DNA from: Seison nebaliae
Taxonomy: Eukaryota
Assembly: GCA_023231475.1 (NCBI GenBank)
Contig: JALJEE010000145.1
Location: forward strand, 62,001-126,000
Direction of reading: 5' to 3'
Length of the DNA stretch: 64,000 nt
Below, one piece after another: positions 1 to 11,521 of this stretch. The translations under genes were made by a program, and so were the position numbers. The stretch's first letter is position 1, and the number at the start of each line of letters is the position of its first letter. The notes beneath the pieces were generated by a model, which did not search any database, had not been told where the DNA came from, and was given only the letters and a program-made list of their open reading frames with translations.

Positions 1-2648
1 AGTGCCGGATCAGAAGTGAGTTATCATACTCAAACTGTAACTGAGAATTTAGATAAGGATCGCAGATCTAATTTTAAAACTTACGTGAAACGTCCGTTGG
101 ATGTGAAGAACATTTCCGGTTGTTATCTGAGGAAATCATTAGATGCAAGTTATGTGAAAGATTCGAATTGGAATTTGTTAGAGAGGAACGAGAAATATCT
201 GGATTTCCACGCTTTCCATACGTTCATCACGTCGTTAATGGAAGCGAATGTACTCGTAAATAACATACAGAAGTTTTGTGAGAAACTTATAAATGAACAT
301 CCATTAAATCCAGAATTAACGTTGGAATCGTTGAAGGAACAACGAGAGAATATTCAACGTGATCGACTAATTTATAAGACATACGAAATATTTAAGAGTT
401 GGGATCGTACGAATTCAGGAAAAATTTATGCTGATGACATCTTCAACATACTCTCAAAATATGACGACGAAAAAAACAATTATATTATAGCCAAAGGTTC
501 TTCCTCTTCTTATTCATTTTCTTCATAAATTTTCATTTAGTTCAAGAAATTCATTGCTCTTCTCAGAAAATTACTGTGAATAAAATTGAATTTTCTTCCT
601 TACTCATCGACTATTATACACTTCATACATGGAATGATGACATGGTTTTTCTCACTCGATTTATATATCAAAAATTAAAAGTTTATGGAATTTTTGTTAA
701 TTTCAAAATTCAAATTAATTCCAGCAAACTTATGAGGAGAATGTGAAATTGAGTAGTCGACGTGAATGGTTGAGGTCTCTCCTTCTCCTTTCCCATCAAC
801 ACAACTGCACCACAAAAGATATCGCCAATCGAACATTCGATATCATTCTACAGGTTTTCCCACCATCATTTCCATTTTTTATAGCGATTTTCTAGAATTC
901 CGTTAACCAAAAAGAAAGTACACTACGAAATTATTCGGTTACCATATACTATTTATTGCCGAGAGTGGGAAGCGATATAGGACTGAGAGTTATCGCTGCA
1001 ACGAAACCAGATGATGAGTATTGTGAAGGAAAGATTATAACCCCTGAAGATTCCACTTTAATGTTCGGATGTATCGAATCTAGTAAAATCATATTGAAAA
1101 CAAATACTGCTAATGATAAGACGATTTTCCATTGGATTCCTGATAGAGATTCCATCAACGGATGTATCGCTTATGTACCAATTTTAAACTGCGACACTCA
1201 AGCCGTCGGAATCATGGTTGTTGATACATTTCGTGATAGATATCCAGAAGATAAATTCACAAAAGAAGAATTAGATTTCTTTCAAGTTATTCAATTAATT
1301 TACTCGTATAATTCTCTCTTGATATTATAAGATGTTCGCCAATGCATTCGATACGGCATATAATCAGTTGAAACGGAATTTACAATTTTTATTTGCTGTG
1401 AAAAATTTCGTTAATCATATGTTCCACAAATATCGATCAGTTAATACGATTCATCAATTCTATTCAATTAATTAATATTAATTCTAGATAAAAGGAATAA
1501 ACTTCTATGAAGTTCATCCACAAAATATCTCAAAGGACAAATCGAATGAATGTCCGTTTTCTCTCAAACGTTTATTTCATTGTGATGGAACGGCATGTCT
1601 ACTAGATCAATCATTGGAAGAGAGTTGGAAAGAACAAGAACTTTTCTTGTCCGATTCCATATTTCGGTTAATCTCAACTTAAAACAATTGAAATTTAAAT
1701 GTCATTACAAATAGAGAGGGGATGTTTCGAAGCGTTCGAGATGGTATCACAGTCATATCGCCCAATGCATTGGATATCGATATATATCAACCACTAATGG
1801 CTGATAAAAAGGAAACATCACATCTCTTCCAATTTGTAGTAGATGCACAAATCCTATCCATAGAGAATATTTTCACAATGAAAGACAATATTTTCCGTTT
1901 AGACTTTGTCCGATACAACAATCGAATTCAAAGATTTCTCGAATGCATTAGAGATGGTTCTACTGATAGTGTCGCCTTCATTAAATATAGTTATTTCAAT
2001 TTATTATAAATTTTATTATCTTATGGTCATTTATTGAAGAATTGGAGAAGGACAGTCAACTGGACATTATGGAATTGGTATATTATAAAATAATTGTAAA
2101 AGTTTCACTTATTAAGCGATATCTTTTAATTTTTACTTTTAATTTTATAGGATATCATACTCGTATTAAAACATTTTGTAGTGAATAAGGTTAACGATAG
2201 TACTTGGCAAGAAAAACAACAAATACAACCTGGTATTAATGAGATTTGTCAAACATTATTGAATCGGGATGTAGATCAGGAGAATGTTAGCAAAAAATCG
2301 GGAACTTCAATTGAAGTTAAAATTAACGTTAATTAAATTATTTTTTTATCTATAAATACCTTATTGGTTCTACCTATAAAGATTATAACGGAGGAATTTG
2401 TCGACCAGATATTGTCTTATGATCCAACAGAAAACATTTTGACTTTAGATCAAATTAATGACATAATCCAAAGTTTTAATTAAACTCTTCTAAGGACCCT
2501 AACTCTAAACACTTTTTAAGGTATATCATTAATTGAAAAACAAAATTTTTATGAAGAATTATTATTGGATTGGATATACATCACTCTCCAAGCAAATCAA
2601 AGTTTACTTTCCATTCATAAAAGAGACACAATTGGGAATATTGACTAA
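1..2648 (+). CDS. EFCAB5: EF-hand/GAF-like protein, probable EFCAB5 homolog (multi-exon, 5' end outside window)
   Basis: About a dozen short GT..AG introns link ORFs 16-528, 956-1330, 1722-2009 and later exons. EF-hand-like 'FKSWDRTNSGKIYADD', GAF-like 'AYVPILNCDTQAVGIMVVDT..F..EELDFFQ', and C-terminal 'ILSYDPTE...LLLDWIYI' resemble EFCAB5. Stop TAA at 2646-2648. Confidence 0.65.
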
Positions 2649-2860
2649 ACGTAAAAAGTACCATTTATTTCCTTATATAATTTTTTTAAATTTTAACCTA
2701 AAAAAATCAACAGAAAATTACGAAATTTTATTAGAGAAACGTTATTAAAATAAATTTTAAAAAAATGTAGAGGATAGCTCTTGCAAAAATTTTGTTCCAA
2801 TTGTTCCTTATTTTCTTTTCAAAGTAAATCGTCAAAATTGTTATAAAATGAGAGGTTTAA

Positions 2861-3755
2861 TTATTTAGGCAAGACAACAGGATAATCATATAATTCTTGG
2901 TCTAGTGCGGCAGGATAAATTTGATCACGACTAGGTGGATTTCTTTGAAGGAAAAAAATATATGACATTTTCCGCAACATCGCAATGACGAAAATTATGA
3001 GAAGAATAGTAAATATTGCTCGACCGTGCTTCAAGAGAGTGTTCCATGCATAAATAACTATGTTCAATGCTTCAATAACATAATATCTCACTTCTATATT
3101 AAATACTTTAAAAGAATATTAATATTAAAATTTTTGAAAATATTTTAAACTTATCTTCAATAACCTTAAAACAAGTTTTTTAATATGTTCCAGATGTTCG
3201 TAAATAAGTTCCACAAAAATTCTTAATTGAAAATGAAGTTCTCTTATCTCTTCCTTATTATAATCTATAAAATAATAAAATTATTAAACGATTAACAAAT
3301 AGATTAAAACCATCGTCCGCAATTACAATGAGGCCACCAAACTTTTTCTTTCCTCCTTTTTTCCTTTTTTCCTTTCGTTCTCGTTTGTCCCTCGCTCTTT
3401 GGTGAGCTGTCCGCTCGGCGTTCCATGCAGATTGACCAAATTGTGTCTTTGCATGATGTCTATAATATTTGCGGTTTTTCTTCTTTATTCTCTTCAATTT
3501 AGCTTCAAACGCTGCATCTACAATGTTATGTGGAGCATAAACTTTGAAGTCTTTTATTAGTTCATTTTTTTTCTTCCGCAAATATTTTTTCTTCGCTTTG
3601 TTTATTTTTAACTTTTTCCTCCATTTTCTACTATATCTTTTTGCTTGATTGTTCTGATTGGTATCTGAATGTCCCAAAATTTTCTTTTTATTCTTTTCGA
3701 TATGGGAAATCTTAAATTGTTTATAATAATCCCTATTATTTCCTTCAAAATACAT
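2861..3755 (-). CDS. Hypothetical Lys/Arg-rich protein with a C-terminal hydrophobic (TM-like) segment, 3 exons
   Basis: ORFs 3258-3758 and 2861-3091 join in frame through a middle exon (DYNKEEIRELHFQLRIFVEL...) using two phase-1 GTT..AG introns. TM-like 'AIFTILLIIFVIAML'. Start codon uncertain. Confidence 0.55.
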
Positions 3756-4146
3756 CAATCGTTGATAATATTCAACTAAGATTTACCTTATAAAAGAGAT
3801 TTATATTTTTCATAACTAAAAATAGTTTCAACCCTATCCACATTCTCATAAGGGTCGTCATATTATGGTTTATTCAAAAATAAACGGATACTTGAATATA
3901 ATCGAACTGGTTTCTTAATGAAATATTTTCAAATTCATTTGAACCATCAGTTTATTTTCTTTATTCAAATTCCCTATTTTGACTTCACTGTTGTTTTCAA
4001 ATATGTTCAATTTTAATTTTTTTTAACACCAAATGAGTTACTTAAAATTAAAATAATTTAATACACAAAATTTATTTATTAAAACGATTGAAAGAAAATA
4101 AAATGCTTAGAGAAATAATTCATCTTATTGATAATTTTTCATAATT

Positions 4147-4929
4147 TTATAATTCCTCTCGCTGAATAGGATCTTCTTTCTGTTCCTCTGATTCCTCAGA
4201 TGCTTCTTGTTTTCCTTCAGGTTTGAGTACGAGTAATTTCTGACGTAATTCTTCCGTGGAACAATCGGGACAAGATAAGGCGTAAAATTTGATAAGTTTT
4301 TTAAGTTTCTCTTCGTCATATGATTCGAGTTCATCCCATTCAATTTTTTCCTTCTCATACATAATCATACATACTTTCGGTTTCTTTTTACTTAAGTTTT
4401 TGCAAACAGCTGTAGGATTAAGTGATTCCGTTAGAGGTTTACTTACGTCTATTAACGTATAATCTATCGCACCATCAATATAGTCTAATGTTTCACAAAG
4501 TTCCCTTCGTTTTCCCTTCGATTTAGCACATACTTTTCGTAAATACAATTCCATATGGAGAGGTTGCGCGAATTTCTTAACAGTTAGACCGTGACGCAAC
4601 ATTCGGATACAGACGTTACAATTCCCTTCTACAGTGTCAGTACCTTCTTCTAATTTCTTATTCGTTTCAGTGAATTGATTTATCAAATTATTTATTTCTT
4701 CTTTGTCTAATTTCTTGTTCAATTTATTCCTATGTTCCTCTTCTGGAATCTCTGTTGCTTGGTCCTTCTCAAATAAGGTTGGTTCCTCGACCTTTGTTCC
4801 ATCTTTATCACTTCCTTTTGATAACTGGTCCATAATGTTTTTGACTTGATCAGGATCGTTAACGACTACTTGTTCGAATGACATAAGACATATGGATCCA
4901 AGTAAGAAAGCAAAAAATAAGAATTGCAT
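4147..4929 (-). CDS. MANF: MANF/ARMET/CDNF-family ER stress protein (single exon)
   Basis: Signal peptide MQFLFFAFLLGSICL. Saposin-like Cys pattern CNVC..C..C..VSKPL..C..C, SAP-like domain with CxxC (CPDC), and C-terminal ER-retrieval motif REEL. Confidence 0.85.
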   Translation of the reverse strand: MQFLFFAFLLGSICLMSFEQVVVNDPDQVKNIMDQLSKGSDKDGTKVEEPTLFEKDQATEIPEEEHRNKLNKKLDKEEINNLINQFTETNKKLEEGTDTVEGNCNVCIRMLRHGLTVKKFAQPLHMELYLRKVCAKSKGKRRELCETLDYIDGAIDYTLIDVSKPLTESLNPTAVCKNLSKKKPKVCMIMYEKEKIEWDELESYDEEKLKKLIKFYALSCPDCSTEELRQKLLVLKPEGKQEASEESEEQKEDPIQREEL

Positions 4930-5601
4930 GTTGAAAAAAACAAAATTGAAAATCAAAAATAATATTTTTGTGGGTTTTTGTGCCGTTTGCAATTGTACCA
5001 ACTCCTTTTATACTAAATTTCTAGGTCGCTAATTTAATTTCATTTTTCAGTTTATAATTTAATTTATTATTACTTATAATTGTTAGATCTTGTTAATATA
5101 ATAATTATTAAATTCTTCTTGTAACATTCTATAATGAACGTAAAAAGCAACAGAATCAAATATTAAAAATTAGCATAATCAAACAATTCTCAATCCTGAT
5201 CAAAACAATAACAAAAATTCCGTGTTTATCCCAAATTCTAAAAAAGTTTACCAAGTATTTAAAAGATAAATGTTATGATTTGTTGGAATGGAATCCAATG
5301 ATGATTCAGACATCTAAACTTTTTTATTTAGTCTCTTTTATGATTATTATCATCTTATGATAATAATGTCAAATGTATATTAATTCTCACAGGCAGAATA
5401 AAAGGACTTATACAATGTATGGTAAAATGTTTGGTACAGATCTATAATATAGATGAATTTTTTTCCGATTACTAAATTTTTTGGAGGAGAGAAAAGATGA
5501 AATTCTAAAGTTTATATAAATATAATTTCGTCAAAAGTTATCGAACGAAATAAAAATTATAGTTGTTAAATGCGACAAAACAATTATTTATATAAGTTAT
5601 G

Positions 5602-8187
5602 TTACTCAATTTCATCGTCGTCGTCGTCATCGTCATCATCATCGAGATCATTCAATTCTTTTAACATTTCTGCTAATTTAGACTTATCTTGAACTTTAAA
5701 TTTGTCACTGGCCGCAATAATTTCATCAACTTCTCTCAATTCCTCTTCATTAACATCTTTATCATTATTCATTATTTCTTCATCAACAATTTCTTCAACA
5801 TCTGTCCCTTGTTTAGTTAAAATGGTTGTGGATAAAACCTGTTCATTATCCCCATCGTTTAATTTAGGTGTTTCCTTGGAATTATCTTTCTGTTCTTTTA
5901 TTTTCAACATCTCCATCGACTTCAATTCGAACGGATCTTCATCCATATGTTTCCATTCGATAAACGATTGTACAAACCAATTGCAATGTACTATCTTTAT
6001 TGGACGGATGACTGATGTGGTAGTTGAAGATTTATTATATTCGAAGCATTTCTCCACAGTTTTCGTGATATTCTTGTAAACGAGATGAGTTGGAAGAAGT
6101 GGATTGTCTGATGAGAAACGTTGTCGGAGAACAACATCAGCTCCAACAGATTTAGCTTGACGTACCCAGATAAAAGATGAAGGGTCTGGATGATTCCATG
6201 GAATAATTCCACTAAATTGTATCCGAACATCGTTAAATGTTTTTTTCTTCACATATGGAATTATATCACGTAAATCACAAGATAATTCGACATTTTCATC
6301 TTTCTCATCATCTGTTACCCATTCTACTTCATCTGTATCTTCTTCTACTATATCATCATCATCTTCTTCTACTTCCTCATTCTCATCATTGACATTACCA
6401 TTTTTAACCTTTCCATCAACTTTTTCTTTTGAGCAACTTTGCCCATCAATTTTTTTCTCTGAACAAATATCTTGATCATTTTTTTCTTCTTGGCAAATTT
6501 TTCCATCAACTTTATCTTGATTTGAACAAATTTCTTGGTCAATTTTGTCGTCTGAAGAAATTTCTTGATCGATTTTGTCTTCTAAACAAATATCTCTTAT
6601 ATTTGAATTATTTCGAATAAATTTCGCATTTTTCGAATAATCATCTGAAATTTTCCTCTTTCTAGTGGAATCATTCTTCAAATCCCATCGTTTCCAAAAC
6701 TCTTCATGAACCTTCTTTAATATACTTAGAAGAGTCAATAAATAATTTCCATCTCGTTCATCATCTTCACAACCATAATTGCATTCTTCTTTCGACTTTG
6801 TCTCTTTATTCTTTTCCTCAACTTCCCCATTAGCCGGTGGTGCATTAATATCTCCTTCATTCCTGAAGTAAACAAATGGTTTGACAGGAATCAAATTATT
6901 GATTCCTTCCCACACATCATACCGATCATCAATTATACAAACCAAATCATGTCCATCAGGAAATAAGGATCTTAAAAAAAATAATTTATAAAAAAATAAA
7001 AAATGGAAAACTCCAAATTTCCCGTTTTAAATCTTTTATGTAGAAATTCGTCTCTCGTCAAAATTCGATCACCAAAATATTGACGATCTTTCTCAATTTG
7101 TCTAAATGAAAATAAAATGACTTTTTCTCATAAGTAAAAATAACGAGATGACAGCTTTAGCATAATCTCGTTTCCCATATGTTGTTACATGAAATTCATA
7201 TAAATCATATAATTCATCTAAAAAATAATGAAGTTTCTCTCGATATTTCGTATGATATTTTATTTTCAATTGTGTGTTCACCATTCGACAAACTTCACGA
7301 TTATTTATCTTCTTTTTATGTTGAGTCCGATATTTGATTCCTGTGGACAACTCAAAATGGAATAAATCCTGTTCATAAATAAATTTAAATGTTTTTTCCG
7401 ATATGATGAGAAATTTAAGAAAAAAACATTTCTATTTTCCATTCGGTGGTCTGTTGTTGTATGAAGAATAGTCTGATCGAGATCAATTAATAAGATTAAT
7501 TTTCTTTTATCAATCAAACGATTACGATCATTTTGTGCAATTTTTTTCGCCGCCTACAAATTTGAATTAGTTTAATTCCATAACAAAAAAATTATTTTTT
7601 AAACTGATGTCTTAAAAATGAGATTGGGTTGAGAATGAACCATCGCATGACCGGAATGTTTATTTCCATTGAGAAATGCTTCATTATTCTCATTTTGTTT
7701 CACACTTTTTTTTTTACAAAATAAATCAAAGAAAAATAGGGAAAGTTTTAACATAGACAAATCAACTCCACAAATTCCACATAAATTATTAAATTTCATT
7801 TCATGACCACATTCGTTATAAATGAAGAGAACATCTCTTGATAATAATAGATTAGAATCAATAATGTCTCTGAAAATCGAACCCCGGTTGTAATCGGTCG
7901 CCTTTCTTCACATTAACTTTCTGAATAATTCCCGAAATATTCGACTTCAATTGTTCAACATAACCTGAAAGGAAAGTTCAATTCGTTCAATTTTCAATCG
8001 AATAATTTTAACTTTCATTCAATAATCGAACTATGGTGATTAACATTCCATTACTGATTATTTGGCCTTTATGTATCTTGAAGAGGAAGTATATTTAGAT
8101 CGATTGAAATAGTTAAAAATTAACAGAAATATCAACAATTTCTATTTCTTGTGAATAACTTGATCGAAAAAATTTATCTTCGCTCAT
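5602..8187 (-). CDS. CTDP1: RNA polymerase II CTD phosphatase FCP1 (about 9 exons)
   Basis: C-x-H...CxxCG N-terminal motif, 'LILLIDLDQTILHTT' (DxDxT), 'FGDRILTRDE...LFPDGHDLVCIIDDRYDVW', BRCT-like 'IQFSGIIP...THLV...IVHCNWFVQS' and an acidic tail. Eight GTT..AG introns restore the frame. Confidence 0.92.
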
Positions 8188-9238
8188 TTTGTTCCATTCA
8201 CGGATACGCTTATTATTCAAAATTATTCAATTAATCTTCTATGACGAATGTGCATTATTTTCAACTTCCTTCCAGAACATGAACAAATTAGCTTACTCTT
8301 TTTATTGAACACACGAAATCTCTAGATAACTGATTAACAACCGTGTTCTCATGGTTTAAATTGTCGTTAATTTTAATATTAGATTATTAGATTAGTTAAA
8401 GTAATAGTTAGAATTTTCTGTTAGAAAAAAATTTTATTTATAATAATTAACTTATTAAACAATAATTCGAAAGGTGTTTCTTTTGCAATTTAATTTTTCT
8501 TCTTTTCTTCTCTAACAACATTCAATTTTAATGTATAATTTATGTATTAAACATAATTTTGTTGAATAACGATTATTTTTTTGAGATAATAGATCGAATA
8601 CTGAAATGAACGGGAAATTGAGAGGAATGAAAGAACAATTCTAAAAGAATGTAAATATTTATTTATGGTGAAATGTTGACCAATGTAAGGTTTTAATTTG
8701 GGTGTGAAAAATTGGTGGAGTTCATAATAATTTATTGTATGATAGAAGGATTATGATTATTAAAATTAATTATAACAAGATAGGAAATAATAAATTGATT
8801 CAAATAAAATTTCATAAACTACATTAACAACACAACATATGTAAATTGTATGTATAATTGTGTCGGCTTAGAATGGATCACCGTAGGAAAGGAAACGATA
8901 CATACTGTATAGGACATTATGTTAAGTTATGATGAAGCTTCTTTCGAATGAATATAACTGAGGATTATGACTTGTATTAGGATGACATAATGGATGATAA
9001 TAAGAATAAATTTTTTAGTTAAATAAACAGTTCACTCGGCAGAACGGAAAAGGAAATATGAAATTAATAAGGATTTTTTGCTTATTTGGGATTTGATAGG
9101 ATAGATAAATAACATCGGTTAAGAAGATTAAGCAAGAAAATAATTTTGATTAGTTCTTTTTTATTATGTCAACTTATATGGAGACAACTATCAAAGTTTG
9201 TTGAATAACATGGAATGTTTCATTGAAAATAAGACAAC

Positions 9239-11521
9239 TCATTTTCTATCTAGTAAATATTGTAAGATTTCGTGGAGTGGCGGCTTCAATTCGGAACGTT
9301 CGTTCAACATTTCTTTCTCCTTCCGATCATCTTTCATATGTCTCACGAATTCGATAGGACTACTGTTATTGGGGGAAATTTCACAAAGTTGAATTTTTCC
9401 TTTGGACGTGACGAGAATATTCGCATTCATCAACAAATTCTCCATAACATCTTTCGGAATCGAATTTAATTTTTGCTTCGAATATTTTTTCAATCTCTCA
9501 TTGTCAACTGACGTTTCCATCAATCTTTGTTGTTGTATCGATTGCTGTTGTTGATGTGTGTGCGATGGTTGTAGTGTATGACGTGAATGTGGTTGTGACG
9601 GTAGGACTTGTTGTTGAATTGGTCCACTTTTCATCTGTTGTATCATCTGTTCATAAGACACGTTTATCTTAGCATTAGTCTTATTCTCATGATTATATTT
9701 CGGTTCACTTTGCAACTTATTCTTTATTAGTTGTTCACATAATGTTACATCTTTCAATGATGTTTCTGATTGATATGGATCGATTGTCAATGGTCTCATT
9801 CGACTCAATTCTTCATTATTCATCATATCATATGAGAGATTATTATCAGAATTCTTATAATAATTGTAACGAATTCCAGTGTCACTTTTCGATTGGATAG
9901 GTAAAGTAATTTCATTCTCAGGATGATCATTATAATTATCACTACGAAATCGTTTTAATGGTTGATCATTATGATTCTGATGATCATTATGTTGACGATG
10001 ATGATGATGATTATTATTATTATTATGATTATGATTATGCTTTAATAAAGTATATTCATTCGAATTGATTATTAAAGTCAATAAGTCTATTGGAGATAAA
10101 TCGGTCGACATTTTATTTGATACATGTTTCGATTCGTTTTGTTGATCGGGAAAATGGACTAAACGTTTAATAAACGTTTCTTTCCGATTATTCTCCACAT
10201 TCGTATTATTATTTTCTATATGATTATTTCTCGAATTCATTCTCGCTTCTTCAATCAATCGAAGTAAATCATTTGTCTCATTAATTCGATCGGAATTCAA
10301 CATCGTTTCTGGAAGTTTTATGGATGATAAATTCTCCGAATTCGATATTGATCTTGATGTCATGATTGGCATACAAGCATTCGTCGAATAACAATCAGTT
10401 GAACATTGATTATAAAAATTTTTACTATGAAATTTTTCTTCCTCAATACTTCTTTTCAAATAATTAAAACGTGTATTTTTCAGACTATTTTGTATATGAC
10501 AAATTGATGATAATGATGACGATGATTGAGAAGATGTTTCTAGATATCGAGACATAGCATTACAATTAGTAGGAGAAGCAGTTGTAGAACAAATGATTGA
10601 AGGAAAGGAAGCATTCGATTCTTGTAATAATTGACGTAATTCGTGTCTCGAAAATTTATGTTCGGTCGATATTTCTGTTGGTGGTGAGGAGACACAAGTT
10701 ATTGGTGTTAATTGTCTATTGTCGTTTGGTTGATGGTTTGGTAAGATTTTTTCGAATAACGTTACTATTGATGAGGTGGTCATCGTGGAAGTTGTTTGCC
10801 AACCGGTAGTCAGATAAGTGGAATCGTATGATTCTTTCCTTCCACATTCCTGATTATTGACTTTCACTGATGAATTAGATTGTACTCTCATTTCATCATC
10901 ATTCGTCGAATTGGAAAATGATAATAATTCTCCTTCTAATTGTGAAGATGATGATGATGATGGTGGTTGCGGTGGCGGTGGTGGTGGTAATGATTGGGGT
11001 GGGGGTGTAATAGTCGATGATGATTTTGATGATGATAATGATGATGAAGTTAAAGGAGATGAAGTAGCGTTTAAGATTGATGGACAAAAATTATCATTCA
11101 TAAGAGTACTCGGATCAAATTTAGATAAACGACGTTGCAATTCATTATTCGTCGCTATCAAATGTTTAATTAGATTTACACCTTTTTGGAGGATCGATGC
11201 CTTACTCAACTTTTCACGATTCGTGTCATTTGGTAATAATTCTCTCAGTTTCTCAAAACCTTTGTTTATGCTCTGCATTCGCTTCCTCTCATTATGATTA
11301 GCAATTTCTCTCTTTTTCTTCCGATCTTCGATACTCTCACCATTTTCGACGATGGTCGGATAGATATTGGATGGATGAACGTTCATGATTGAATCGTGTG
11401 TCAAAGTATGACGTAGAACAGTTTCATTCGACGGTTTTTTATTGGAGAAATCATTGCATATTGAATTTCCATCCATCACAGAATTAGGTAATTCATGAAC
11501 TGATATCGTTTCGAATGTTAT
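9239..11521 (-). CDS. TFAP4: bHLH transcription factor AP-4 (cropped) homolog, main exon; upstream exon(s) not resolved
   Basis: 'KREIANHNERKRMQSINKGFEKLRELLP..EKLSKASILQ' matches the AP-4 bHLH, followed by a long low-complexity S/N/H/Q tail. The frame stays open upstream to a polypyrimidine-rich acceptor (..TTCCTTCTCCCAATGACAG) ending at 11522. Confidence 0.85.
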   Translation of the reverse strand: MTFETISVHELPNSVMDGNSICNDFSNKKPSNETVLRHTLTHDSIMNVHPSNIYPTIVENGESIEDRKKKREIANHNERKRMQSINKGFEKLRELLPNDTNREKLSKASILQKGVNLIKHLIATNNELQRRLSKFDPSTLMNDNFCPSILNATSSPLTSSSLSSSKSSSTITPPPQSLPPPPPPQPPSSSSSSQLEGELLSFSNSTNDDEMRVQSNSSVKVNNQECGRKESYDSTYLTTGWQTTSTMTTSSIVTLFEKILPNHQPNDNRQLTPITCVSSPPTEISTEHKFSRHELRQLLQESNASFPSIICSTTASPTNCNAMSRYLETSSQSSSSLSSICHIQNSLKNTRFNYLKRSIEEEKFHSKNFYNQCSTDCYSTNACMPIMTSRSISNSENLSSIKLPETMLNSDRINETNDLLRLIEEARMNSRNNHIENNNTNVENNRKETFIKRLVHFPDQQNESKHVSNKMSTDLSPIDLLTLIINSNEYTLLKHNHNHNNNNNHHHHRQHNDHQNHNDQPLKRFRSDNYNDHPENEITLPIQSKSDTGIRYNYYKNSDNNLSYDMMNNEELSRMRPLTIDPYQSETSLKDVTLCEQLIKNKLQSEPKYNHENKTNAKINVSYEQMIQQMKSGPIQQQVLPSQPHSRHTLQPSHTHQQQQSIQQQRLMETSVDNERLKKYSKQKLNSIPKDVMENLLMNANILVTSKGKIQLCEISPNNSSPIEFVRHMKDDRKEKEMLNERSELKPPLHEILQYLLDRK

